Below are positions 51,588-63,560 of a DNA stretch of 64,000 nucleotides, in pieces. A program made the position numbers and the translations under genes. The notes beneath the pieces were generated by a model. It was not told where the DNA came from and searched no databases. It saw only the letters and a program-made list of their open reading frames with translations. The first letter of the stretch is position 1, and each line of letters opens with the position of its first letter. This DNA is from an uncultured Planctomycetaceae bacterium (GTDB taxonomy: Bacteria > Planctomycetota > Planctomycetia > Planctomycetales > Planctomycetaceae), in the NCBI GenBank assembly GCA_963815195.1, contig CAWFGE010000010.1, positions 256,001-320,000 on the forward strand. The letters run 5' to 3'.

Positions 51588-54038
51588 ATGCTCGCACGCA
51601 AATTGAGACGGGAGCTTTGGCAGCAGCGCGGCCACAATCTGGCGATCGCCATGGCGATGGCTTTGGCCGTGTGTTGTTTCGTGGCCAGCCGAAATAGTTA
51701 TCTCGATCTCAAGGGCAGCTACGCCCAGATTCAAAATGATCTGAATCTCGCCGACTGGACAATCGAGGTCGCTCATCTTTACGCCGCCGATGTGGAACGG
51801 ATCCGGCAGGTCGAGGGCGTCAAAGCGGCGGAGGATCGGATCGTCGTCAGTCTGCCGGTCGTGTTGCCCGAGGGGCGGTTGGGTCCCGATGTCAGGGGCC
51901 GCGTGCGTTTGGAAGGCCGGTTTATCACGCTGCCTTCGGGGCATCGGCCGCGGTTGAACCAACTGCTCATCGAGGACGGGGCCTATCCCGAAGCGCCCAA
52001 CGAGGTGCTCGTCGAAAAACATTTTGCGGAATTCCACGGCATCGAACCGTCCGCAACTTTGGAACTGGAAATCCCCGGCGCGCCGCGGAACGTGACTTTG
52101 AAGGTCTCGGGGATCGTGGTGAGCGCGGAATATCTGTGGGTCAGCCGGAACGAATACGACATCATGCCTTCGCCCGCAAGCTTCGGCGTGTTTTGGATCG
52201 ACCGGGAAGCGCTGCGGCGGTATCGGTTGCGGCCGCAAGTCGCGGCCGGGCTTCGGGCGATGCTGGGCGGCGGCGGAGGCCAAGGTGGAGCGGGTTCCGA
52301 TGTCCGGGTCGAATCCAGCAAACAGATCCTGATCCAAGTGGCGAAAGGCGACAATCCGAAGGCGGTGTTGGAACGCGTCGTCGGCGTCTTGGGGAAAGAA
52401 GATGTCGTCTCCACGATGGCTCGCGACGAGTCGCCCCAAACGGAAATCCTCCGCACGGACATGCAAAGTCTGCACGGGTTTGCGATTTTCTTTCCGACTC
52501 TGTTTTTGGTCGTGGGTGGCTCCGTGGTCGCCGTGTCTCTTTCCCGCGTGATCGACGCCCAACGCACAATAATCGGCACAATGCTGGCCTTCGGCGTCGA
52601 ACGGTCCCGGATTTGGCGGCATTATCTCGCATTTGCTTGGGTGATCGGCCTGTTGGGGGCTGTGCTTGGCATCGGGATCGGCATGGAGGTCGGAAGGGTT
52701 TTGACCCGCGCTTACGCCCAGGTCGCGGGCGTGCCCCGCCTGACGTTTGCGTTTCACGAACGGGTCCTCATTTTGGGCGGGTTGTTTGGATTGTTCACCG
52801 CGACCGTTGCGGGGCTTCTCCCGGCGTACCGGGCCGCCGCGATCTATCCGGCCCAGGCCATGCGGCCGCCTGCACCAGCGATGAATGCCGGGGTCTCTCT
52901 GCTCCGGCGGCTAAGCGGGCGATTGCCGTTGCCTGTGCGGTTGGCGATTCGCAACCTGATGCGCCGGCCGGGCCGGAGTTTGGCCTCTGTGGGGGGCGTG
53001 GCGGCGGCGCTGGTTCTTGTCCTGGCCGGGTCCGGCGTTGTCGATGGATTGAATCGCACCACCGAAGTCCTTCTCCAAAAATCCTGGCGGTACGATCTGC
53101 GTGTCGACTTTTTTACTCCGGAGCCCAAACAAACGTTGTTTGGTCTCCTCCATCGGACCGAGGACATTGAAACCTGGGAGAGTGCTTTAACCGTCCCGGC
53201 CCAAATTCAAGCCGGCGACATACGCCTGGACACGGTTGTCGAAGGCATTTCTCCGGAGAGCGAACTGCTCCAGCCGGCAAATATGGAAGGCCAGATCGTC
53301 CGGCCCGGTGAGGGCGTGGTTCTGCCCGCGGCGTTGGCCCGTCAACTGGATGTCCACGCAGGCGACACCGTGCAACTCCAAGCGCTCCCGCAAGGAGCCG
53401 AGATCGAAGTGCCCATCGAACACATCACCGAAGGGCTGGGGGCGGAGGTTTTTATGCGGCTGGACAAAGCCCAAACCACGTTTGCCGAGCCGGGGCTGGT
53501 GAATTGTCTGCTCATCAAGACCAAAGTGCCGAGTTGGAAGTTTCGCCAATCGCTCCAAACGCTGCCCCAAGTGGCCCGGCTGCAAGACATGCAGGATCTC
53601 CGCGAGCGGATCGCACGGATCATGGATTTCAACTACCTGCTGGTCACGTCCATGCTGCTGTTCAGCGCCATTCTGGGCAGCGCCATTCTTTTCACCACGA
53701 GCACGTTGAATATCTGGGAACGGCGGCGCGAATTGGCCACGATGCGGGCCCTCGGGTTGCCGTTTCGGCAAATCGTGGGCATGGTCACGCTCGAGCATTG
53801 CCTCCTGGGTCTCGTGGGCGTGGCGGTGGGAATTCCCTTCGGCATTTGGGCGATGCGCGGGGCTTTAAATCTCTACGAATGCAGCTTTCTCACGCTGCCC
53901 TTGATCCTCAAACCGGGCACGTTCGCGCTGGCGATTGCGAACATTTTCCTCGTGCTCCTGTTGGCCCAGTGGCCGGTTTTGCGCTCGATCGCGCATCTCA
54001 ATCTGGCGGATGTTGTCCGAGAACGCCGCGAAGGCTGA
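51588..54038 (+). CDS. ABC transporter permease with duplicated FtsX/MacB-type domains
   Basis: Two periplasmic-domain plus TM halves; IGT..AFG and ERRRELAT.RALG motifs. Confidence 0.92.
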   Translation: MLARKLRRELWQQRGHNLAIAMAMALAVCCFVASRNSYLDLKGSYAQIQNDLNLADWTIEVAHLYAADVERIRQVEGVKAAEDRIVVSLPVVLPEGRLGPDVRGRVRLEGRFITLPSGHRPRLNQLLIEDGAYPEAPNEVLVEKHFAEFHGIEPSATLELEIPGAPRNVTLKVSGIVVSAEYLWVSRNEYDIMPSPASFGVFWIDREALRRYRLRPQVAAGLRAMLGGGGGQGGAGSDVRVESSKQILIQVAKGDNPKAVLERVVGVLGKEDVVSTMARDESPQTEILRTDMQSLHGFAIFFPTLFLVVGGSVVAVSLSRVIDAQRTIIGTMLAFGVERSRIWRHYLAFAWVIGLLGAVLGIGIGMEVGRVLTRAYAQVAGVPRLTFAFHERVLILGGLFGLFTATVAGLLPAYRAAAIYPAQAMRPPAPAMNAGVSLLRRLSGRLPLPVRLAIRNLMRRPGRSLASVGGVAAALVLVLAGSGVVDGLNRTTEVLLQKSWRYDLRVDFFTPEPKQTLFGLLHRTEDIETWESALTVPAQIQAGDIRLDTVVEGISPESELLQPANMEGQIVRPGEGVVLPAALARQLDVHAGDTVQLQALPQGAEIEVPIEHITEGLGAEVFMRLDKAQTTFAEPGLVNCLLIKTKVPSWKFRQSLQTLPQVARLQDMQDLRERIARIMDFNYLLVTSMLLFSAILGSAILFTTSTLNIWERRRELATMRALGLPFRQIVGMVTLEHCLLGLVGVAVGIPFGIWAMRGALNLYECSFLTLPLILKPGTFALAIANIFLVLLLAQWPVLRSIAHLNLADVVRERREG

Positions 54039-54318
54039 TCGAACCCCGGCCTGAGAAGCCGCGAACCCGTATTCGTAATTGCCAAACGATGTCACACTGG
54101 GTTAAGATGAGAAGCTTGGGAGGATTATGGAAAGTCCTCTGGCCGTTGTGAGTTTTGCGTAACCTCCCTCATTCCAACCAGATTGGTTCATTCCTGGTGG
54201 AAAGTCCCAAATTGCGTGTGGGAAATTTGCCCCAAGCTGGGATTTCTGCATAAAAGGCAATGCCGCCCGGCGCAAGTATCCATCCCGGATACGATGTTTC
54301 GTCGATAAAATATCTTTT

Positions 54319-57300
54319 ATGAATGAATCCCTTTCCTCTGAAATCGCGGGCAGTTCGTCGATTGTCGAACTATTAATCCGGCGAGCGCTCGCTCATCCCC
54401 AGCGGACTTTTTGCACCTATTCCGACGAGGGCACGCCGCCTCGGCTTCGATGGACCTATGCCGATCTGGACGCCCAGGCCCGGCGGATTGGGAGTTGGCT
54501 GCAGTCGCGGAACCTGGCGGGCCAACCGGTGCTGTTGGCATTTCCTCCAGGGCTGGACTTTGTCACGGCATTTTTTGGGTGCCTGTATGCGGGGGCCATT
54601 GCCGTTCCCAGTCCGCCGCCCCGGCGAAACCCCAAGTCCGACCGGTTTTTCAGCATCTACAAGGACTGCAAAGCCGAGTGCGTTTTCACCACGGCCGACG
54701 TGCTGGACCGCGTGCAAACTTACGCGAAGACCCACCCCGCGCTCGCCACGGTTCCCTGGCAGGTGTTGGAGGGAATTGGAGCGGATTCCGCCGACGCCTG
54801 GCAAGACCCCGGCGTCTCGCTTAGTACGATCGCCTTTTTGCAATACACGTCGGGTTCGACCGGCGATCCCAAAGGCGTCGTGGTGGACCACGGCAATTTG
54901 CTTCACAATCAAAAGCTCATCACCGGCGCGTTCGGGCAGACCGAGGAGATGGTGACCATCGGCTGGCTGCCGATGCACCACGATATGGGCCTTGTCGGCA
55001 CGCTGCTGCACCCGCTGTCTCTGGGCGGCACGCTGCATCTGATGTCGCCCATGGGATTTCTGCAAAACCCCATTCGCTGGTTGAATTTGATTTCCGAACT
55101 TCGCGGCACGATCACCACCGCCCCGAATTTCGCCTACGAATTGTGCATCACCCGCACCACGCCCGAAGAACGGACCCCCCTGGACTTGTCCTGTCTCCAA
55201 ACGGCCTTGAATGGAGCCGAACCCGTCCGGGCGAGCACCCTCCGCCGATTCTCCGAAGTCTTTGCGCCCCAAGGCTTCCGTCCGTCGATCTTCTGCCCCT
55301 GCTACGGCATGGCGGAAACGACCTTGCTCATCAGCGGCGTGCACCGTGCGGAAAACCCGCTCGAGCACATCATCGAACGCCAGGCGGCCAACCCGGCGTC
55401 CAACGGCGATGCGGATCACGCTCTAAACATCTCCCCGGATTGCCCGGCCGAATTGGTCCACTGTGGAACGCCCCACCCGGATTTGGATGTTCGCATCGTG
55501 GATCCCGAAACCTTCACCGAACGCCCGGATGGGGAGATCGGCGAAATTTGGGTTTCCGGCCCGAGCGTGACCCGAGGCTATTGGCACCGCCCGGAACTCA
55601 CCAAAGACACATTCCAGGCGGAAATTCATCGCGACCGCTCCACGAACGGCAATGGAACATCTTCCAAGTATTTCCGCACGGGCGATTTGGGACTCAAACA
55701 AGCCGGCCGCCTCTATATCGCCGGGCGATTCAAGGATGTGATCATCCTCAACGGCGTGAATTACTATCCTCACGACCTGGAAGCCTCCGCCGTCGCCTGC
55801 GACGACCGGTTGGTCGAAGGCCGGGGCGTGGCGTTCGGCACGGAGATTGAAGGCGGCGAAGAAGTCGTGCTCGTCTTGGAGGTCAAACGCGAGCACGTCC
55901 GCCAACTGGATGAGGACATCCTCACCAACATCCTCACCGAAATTCAACAGACTTGGGAAATCTCTCCCGCAGCTGTGCTGCTCGTGCGGCCGGGTTCCGT
56001 TCCCGTGACGACCAGTGGCAAGGTGCAACGGCAACTTGTCAAACAGCAATTTCTCGCGGGCGAACTTTCCCCGATCACCCAATGGAACCGCCCCCGTGCC
56101 TGCCGGACTTCTGGGAGGGAATCCGCCGCAGAACCGATGGAACCTCGCACGCAAACGTATTCCGAACGGGAATCGCTCAGGGATCTCGAGCGGTGGATGG
56201 CCGGCCGGTTGTCGCAAATCCTGGAAGTGCCGCGAGATGCGATCGACATCCGCGAGCCGTTCGCGCGGTATGGCTTCAAATCGCAGCACGCCGTGCAGTT
56301 TTGCGCCGACTTGGAGCAACGCGTCCACCGCCGAATCGAGCCGGCCTTGGCTTATGATTATCCCAACATCGCCGAACTGGCGAAATTCCTGCATTCCGGA
56401 AACGACCAACCCCGGCTTCAAAATGGCCGGGCTGCCCATCGCCGGAAAGACCGGCAGGAACCGATCGCGATCATCGGCATCGGTTGCCGATTTCCCGGTG
56501 CGAACAATCCCGAGGAATTTTGGGAACTGCTGCGAAGCGGGCAATCGGCCCTCAGGCCTTACCCGCGGGAACGGTGGGGCGAGTGGCAACAGCAACTCGC
56601 CGAGTCCGCCAGCCCCGGGCACCCGCTGCCGCCCCTCGGCGGGTTTTTGGACCATGCCGAGGACTTCGATCCGCTGTTTTTCGGAATCAGCCCCCGCGAA
56701 GTGGAAACGCTCGACCCCCAGCAGCGGCTCGTCCTAGAGGTCTGCTGGCAAGCGCTGGAGCACGCGGGCCTGCCTGCGGATCAACTTGCCAGGCAACAAA
56801 CGGGCGTGTTCCTTGGCGTGAGCGGGGCCGAGTATGCCCATCTTCAAGCCCGACTGAATTGCTCGCCCACCGGCTACAATGCGACCGGCAACTCTCTGGC
56901 GATGATCGCCAACCGCCTCTCTTACACGCTGGATTTGCACGGGCCAAGCCTGGCGTTCGACACCGCCTGCTCGTCCTCCCTGGTTGCGGTGCACGCGGCC
57001 TGCGAAAGCCTCAAACGCGGCGAATGCGAAGTTGCAATCTGCGGCGGAGTGAGCCTCATCACTTCTCCCGCCGTAACCGCCTCGCTCAACCAGGCGGGGA
57101 TGCTCTCTCCCACGGGAGCCGCCGCCGCTTTCACCCAAGACGTCGATGGCTACGTTCGCGGCGAAGGTTGTGGAATCGTCATCGCCAAACGCCTCAGCCG
57201 GGCCGTCGCGGATCACGATCGCATCATCGCCGTCGTCGCGGGGAGCGCGATCAACCACGACGGCCGCAGCAATGGCCTGACCGCCCCCAACGGCCGCGCC

Positions 57301-60300
57301 CAGCAGAGCGTCCTTCAGCAGGCTCTCGCAAACGCGGACTGTTCCCCCGGCCAAATCGACTACCTCGAAGCCCACGGCACGGGCACGGTGTTGGGGGATC
57401 AGATCGAGGTCAACGCCCTTCGCCGCGTGTTCTGGAGCGAAACGGATCCGGAAAAACCGCTGCGGATCGGTTCGGTGAAATCGAACATCGGCCACCTGGA
57501 GGCCGCCGCCGGAATTGCCGGCTTCATCAAAGTCTGCCTGTCCCTTCAGCACGAAGAATTGCCCAAGCATGTCTGCCACCAACCGCTCAACGAGCCACTG
57601 CTTTCCGGCTCGAATTTGCAGGTCGTCCAAGACGCCGCCCTCTGGCCAAGAAGCGAACAACCCCGGCACGCCGGCGTGAGTTCTTTCGGATTCGGCGGCA
57701 CAAACGCCCACGTGGTCCTCAAAGAAGCCCCAGGGCCAAAGCCGGCCACTCCCTTTGAACCGCCGACGCACATCCTCGTGTTGTCGGCGAAAACGGAATC
57801 GGCCCTGCATGCGCTCGCCCAAAACTGGCAGCAGCAATTTCCGGAAGGACCGCTTCCCGCGATCTGTTACACCGCCAATGCGGGCCGCGCACGGTTTCCG
57901 CATCGACTGGCCCTCGTCGCAGACCGCCGGGAAGATTTTCAAAACCAACTCGGCGACTTTCTTCGAAAAGTCACAGCCGGAAAACGGGTGGTCGAACGAG
58001 ACGAAATCCGAACCTCGCATCGCCTGGTCGTTCGGCGGAGAATTTCCTCTCCCCGGAAGCATCGGCAAAGATCTCTATGACCACATTCCCGGCTTTCGCA
58101 GTCTTTTCGATCAGCTGGATGATCGATTCCAAAAACACGACCTGCCTTCTCTGAAATCCGTCCTCTGGAACGGCGCGTCCTCAAATAATGAAGAGCAAAT
58201 GCTTAATCGTTTGGTCGGTTGGCAGTTGGCCTATGGCGGGTTTCTCAAAACGCTCGGTATTCCCTGCGATGGGATCCGCGCGGACGGTGCGGGAGAACTC
58301 GCCGCCGCCGTTTATTCCGGCCTCGTGGAAATTGACGCGATTCTCGATCGGCTGGCAAAAAAAACCATCGGCGAATCCGTCGCCCTCCCGACACCTGCGG
58401 AATTGCAGGCGGACATAGAACTGAAACTATCTCCAGCCAAGAGCACGGCTGAGCGGGCTCGCACAAGCGGCAGCCCGATCACACAACTCGGGTGGCCCGG
58501 ACAGTCGGGCGGGGAATACCGATCCTTACTCACACTCCTCGCCCGCCTCTACGTCCTCGGCGTGCATATCGATTGGCGGCCGATCTATCCGCCGGATCTG
58601 GAAAAAGTTTCCGTACCCTATTCTCCCTTCGAGCGCAAGCCCTATTGGATTTCCCGCCAACTCCTAGAGACGCCATCGAACATTCAAACCGCCGCATGGC
58701 TGCACCCGCTCTTGCATCGGCATTATGATCTTTCAGGCGCGGAACAGGTTTTTGAAACCGACCTCTCGAAAGTGGAATTCTTGAAGGACCATCGAATCCA
58801 AGACGCCGCGGTGTTTCCGCTGGCCGGCTATCTGGAGATGGCCGCCTCCGCCGCCCGGATGATCAATGGCACCTTGGGAACGGTGGACGATCTCGAGATC
58901 ACATCGCCGATTCAGATCACCGGCGGTGAAGCGTGCATCGTGCAACTCGTTCTCCGCCCCGAAGGAGCCGGATGGTCCGCGACATTCAACCGCAAAACCC
59001 CTCAAGGCTGGCAACCGCACGCGGCATGCCAAATCCTGCCGAGCGAGAACCACAGCGACACGAGCGGTGCCGTGGCTTGGCCGGAGGTTCTGAATCAGCC
59101 CTCCGCCGCCGCGGCCATTCCGGAGTATTACGATCGATTGCGGCAGGCGGGTTTGGACTATGGCCCGGCGTTCCAAACGCTCCAGCTTTTGCACGCGGAT
59201 GCTGGAGCGGCCTGGGCGGTGATCGCCGCGGAACAGGCTGGTGTTTCTCGTGAATTCGGCATTCATCCCGCCCGGCTCGATGGCTGCTTTCAAGCGATCG
59301 CCTCTGCATTACCGCCGGAAATCACAACGACTTTAGTGCCCACACATATCAAGCGCTTCTGCATAGATCGCAAGCTTGAGGGAGGGGAACCGCTCTATTG
59401 CCACGTCCATCATCTTCAAAACGAGGGCGCAGGCTTTGTCGTGGATCTCGATATATTCGATAAACACCAAACCCGCGTCGCCCAAATTGAGCAACTCAAG
59501 CTTCAACCGCTCGAACGTTCCCGCTTAGGTTATTATGTCGCCGATTGGCCTGCGCAAATCCGATCGAAGGATTTCCCGCCCACCTATATAGAGCCGCCGG
59601 CGACACTCTCTGCGCATTTAAGATCCCGGTATGCACAAGACTATAATGTCTCTCAAGTCGAAGCCCACTCGGCGCTGCTGGACCAATTGGAAGAAGCGAC
59701 CGCCGGCTGTGCTTTGGATGTCTTGTCTCAATTAGGTTTAGATCTCCGCCCCGGCCGCGAATTTCCATTAGCAGATGCCGTTCAATGTTGCCGAGTGGTG
59801 GAAACGCAAGAAGCCTTGTTTACAAGGCTGTTAAACATGCTTGTGGAAGATGGGCATCTGAACCTTAACAAAGGCCTGTATTCGGTTGAGAAGCCGATCG
59901 CCCGCTCTTGGATGTCCGCCGTTCCGGAATCTTCGCACGTCGAATTTGCCTTGTTCGAGCGCTGCCTGGAACACTTGCCGGACGTTATGCAGGGAAGGTG
60001 CGATCCGCTGGAGATTCTGTTCCCGACCGATGAAGCCGCCTCCGCTTTGCAGCTTTATACCGAGTCGGTCGGCGCCAAGGCCTTAAATTACTTAACGGCC
60101 GAAGTCGTTGCTCAGATCCAAAGCCAATTGCCTGAGGGGCGGGGATTAAAGATTTTGGAAGTGGGAGCCGGCACCGGAGCGACGACCGAAGCCGTGCTGA
60201 AACGAACTCGTTCCCGGCGTCTCGCCTATGCCTTCACCGATATTTCCTCGCATTTCTTCGCCGCCGCGAAACAACAGTTCTCGCAATATCCCATCAGCAC

Positions 60301-63300
60301 CTACAAGACTCTCGACATCGAATCCGCTCCCGCGGACCAGGGCTTTGAACGGGAGTCGTTCAATATCATCATTGCCGCCAACGTGCTGCATGCCACGTCC
60401 GATCTGCAGCGAAGCCTCCGGCACGTGCGCGAATTGCTCAAGCCGGAAGGCGCTTTACTGCTTGTCGAGGGAACCCGGCGGGTGCGTTGGCTGGATTTCG
60501 TGTTTGGGATGACTCCCGGATGGTGGGCCTTCCGCGATTATGATCTGCGTCCCGATTACCCCTTGATTTCGCCAGAACAATGGAACGAGGTGCTCCATCA
60601 AGCCGGCTTCGGGCTTGTCGAAACATTTAACCCGCATGGTCGAAACTGCAAATTGGAACCCGCCAATTCGCTGATCGTCGCCAAGGCGGACGCCGTTCTC
60701 CAACCGCAGGACGATTCGCATACCTGGCTCATCATCGGCAACGATTCCAAGGCCCAGCGGCTCTATGAAAGCTTAATCGCTCGCAATCAGAACAGCCGGC
60801 TCATTCCTTGGCCCGCGGATCACCGCAATCCGGAAGGGAACGAACTCCTGATTACTGCGGATGACTTGACCAAACCTCGCCTCAATATCCTCGCGTTCTG
60901 GCCGCACACGTCAGACGATACAGAGAACGCCCCCGATGTCGCCCTTCAAGGTTGCGAAGCCGTCCTAAACCTTGCCCAAACGATAGTACGGCAAACATCC
61001 GAGCACGCATTCAGGCCGCGGCTCGTTTTTCTCACCGAAGGAGTTCAAGCCGTCGATGACCGGATTCAGGCCGCGTCGCCGGCCGACGCGTCCTTGCTGG
61101 GATTTGTACGGTCGCTTTCTCTTGAGAAACCGGATTGGACAATTCAAGCAATCGATCTGGATCGGGAATCCGCTGACACCTCGCTTGCCGCCTGCATTGA
61201 TGAACTGCTCTTGGGGTCTTCCGAATCCGAAGTTGCGTTTCGCGACGGAGAACGCCGCGTGCGGCGGTTGGCCGAACTCGATCCGGCCCATCTGCCAGCC
61301 ACATCAATAAAGGTCTTAACAATTTCCCGCCGCGGAGCAATGGACGGCCTTGAACTCTCCACCCTTCCTGCGCGGACCCTAAAGCCTGATGAGCTCCTGA
61401 TAGATGTCGCGGCGAGCGGATTGAACTTTCGCGATGTCCTCAACGTGCTTGGGATTTATCCCGGGCGACCTCCGTTGGGAGCGGAGTGTGCCGGCACGGT
61501 CCGCGAGCGAGGCAGTGCGGTGACGGACTTCCAAATCGGCGACCGCGTCGTGGTCGTGGCACCGAATACATGCTGCAATCAGTTGTTCGTACCGGCGGAA
61601 TTGGCCGCGCCTATCCCTTCGTTCCTCTCGCTTACCGAGGCCGCGACAATCCCCATCGCGTTTCTGACCGCATGGTACGCCCTCGAACACGAGGCGGCGC
61701 TTCGCTCAGGCCAGCGGGTGCTGATTCATTCCGCCACGGGCGGCGTAGGCCATGCGGCCGTGCAAATGGCAAGCGCGATTGGAGCGGAGATCTATGCCAC
61801 CGCGAGCGCCGCCAAACTCGACTATCTTCGCACGAGCCTCGCGCCGGATCACATCTATAACTCCCGCAGCCCCGGCTTTGCCGAGGCTATCCTCAACGAC
61901 ACGAAGCAGCAAGGCGTTGACGTTCTATTAAACACATTAGGCGACGAGTTTGTCGATGAGAACCTAAGGGCCTTGGCGGCGAACGGCCTCTATGTGGACC
62001 TTAGCAAACCGCAAGCGGGCATCCGCGCATATTGCCGGGCAGCGTCCCGATGTGAAATACATGGCGATCGATCTGGTGGAGTATCTCGAAGCGCATCCTC
62101 AACGGGTCCGCGCGCATTTGCAGGAGTTGCTTTGTCGCTTCGAGGCCGGCGAGCTTTCGCCGCTTCCGAAAGTCGAGTATCCCCTCGATTCGGCCGTGGA
62201 TGCCTTTCGGCTTCTGCAATCGGCGAACCATATCGGCAAAGTCTTACTGACACCGAACTCGCCTGGAGCCGCCGACCCCTCGAAATCTTCTCGCCCACCG
62301 ACACCGAACCAACATCGGATTCGTTCCGATTCCGCCTATGTGATCAGTGGAGGAATGGGCGGATTGGGTTTGCAGGTAGCGGAATACTTAGCGCTGCAGG
62401 GAGCAACTCGCGTGGTCTTACTGGGCCGGCACGAACCGGGACTTGCCCAACAGCAATGCATTCGGCAGATCGAAGCCTTGAATTGTACGGTGTCGACAAT
62501 GCGCTGTGATGTGTCTCGCTTGGAAGAGGTGTCGCATACGCTTGATCGCATTCGCAAATCGGTCGGGCCGATTGCCGGGGTGATTCACTCGGCAGGAGTT
62601 CTCAGCGACAAGGCGATCATGAATCAATCAACTGGGACATTCCAACAAGTGTTTGATCCCAAAGTTCGCGGCGCATGGAATTTGCACTTGGCGACGCGCA
62701 ATGATTCGCTCGATGAGTTTGTGCTTTTTTCTTCGATTGCGGGATATTTGGGTTCTCCGGGGCAAGTGAATCATGCGGCGGCCAATAGCTTTTTGGATGC
62801 ATTGTCCGCTTACAGGCGTCAGCAAAACCTGCCGGCGTTGAGCATCGTGTGGGGGCCTTGGTCGGATGTTGGAGCGGCGATCCAAAACGGGAGAATGCGT
62901 CATCCGCACGGGGCCGCATTTGAATTGATCGCCCCGGCGGAAGGCATAAAAGGCTTCCACAACGCGCTGCAGCATAGCGGCTACAGCAGCATGGCTCTGA
63001 TGAAGTTCGACGCCGCTCGATTGCCGGAAGATTTGCGAAACCGCTCGATTTTTCAGTTGCTGCTCGACGGGCCGACTGCCAAGCCGAAGCCGGAACTCTC
63101 CATTAAACTTGAACGATTGAAACACATGACATCCGGTGAAGCGTCGCGGACGTTACTGGCGTATCTCAAGCAGAAGATTGTGGAGATCCTCTGCTTGGAC
63201 GGGCCGGAGCAAGTGCCGGCCGATATGACCCTTTTCGACCTCGGCCTCGACTCACTGACAACGGTGGAGCTCAAGGGAACCTTGGAAGCCAGTCTAGGAA

Positions 63301-63560
63301 TCCCGCTACAGTCTGCAATCTTTTTTGATTATCCGACCTTGAGCGGATTGTCGTCTTACTTGTTGACCTTAATCCAACAGGATGCGTCACGAGCGGAAGC
63401 CGCATCACCGAATATCTTGTCAACAAGGGAAACTGAGCCTGCACTCGAGGGGGAAGTGACGAGTGATCTGGAGATTAATACCGAGGATGAGGAGACGCGG
63501 GACAAACTGATGGAGATTGCGCAGGAACTTCAAAAGTGGGATGATATGTATAGTGGCTAG
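54319..63560 (+). CDS. Type I PKS, FAAL-ACP-KS-AT(degenerate)-DH-cMT-ER-KR-ACP, about 3080 aa if frameshifts near 57962 and 62025 are corrected
   Basis: FAAL: FLQYTSGSTGDPKG, WLP..HDMGL, PCYGMAE. ACP: GFKS. KS: DTACSSS, HGTGT, NIGH. DH: H.....VFP, DGCFQ. MT: LEVGAGTG, NVLHAT. ER: HSATGGVG. KR: GGMGGLG, HSAGVLSD. ACP: LGLDSL. Spread over ORFs 54319..58080, 57755..62509 and 61992..63560. Confidence 0.9.

Noticed and set aside
57940..62040. Programmed ribosomal frameshifting, or three separate PKS genes
   Set aside because: The breaks fall inside a linker and inside the ER domain, without convincing slippery sites or restart signals, and similar indels occur throughout the window.
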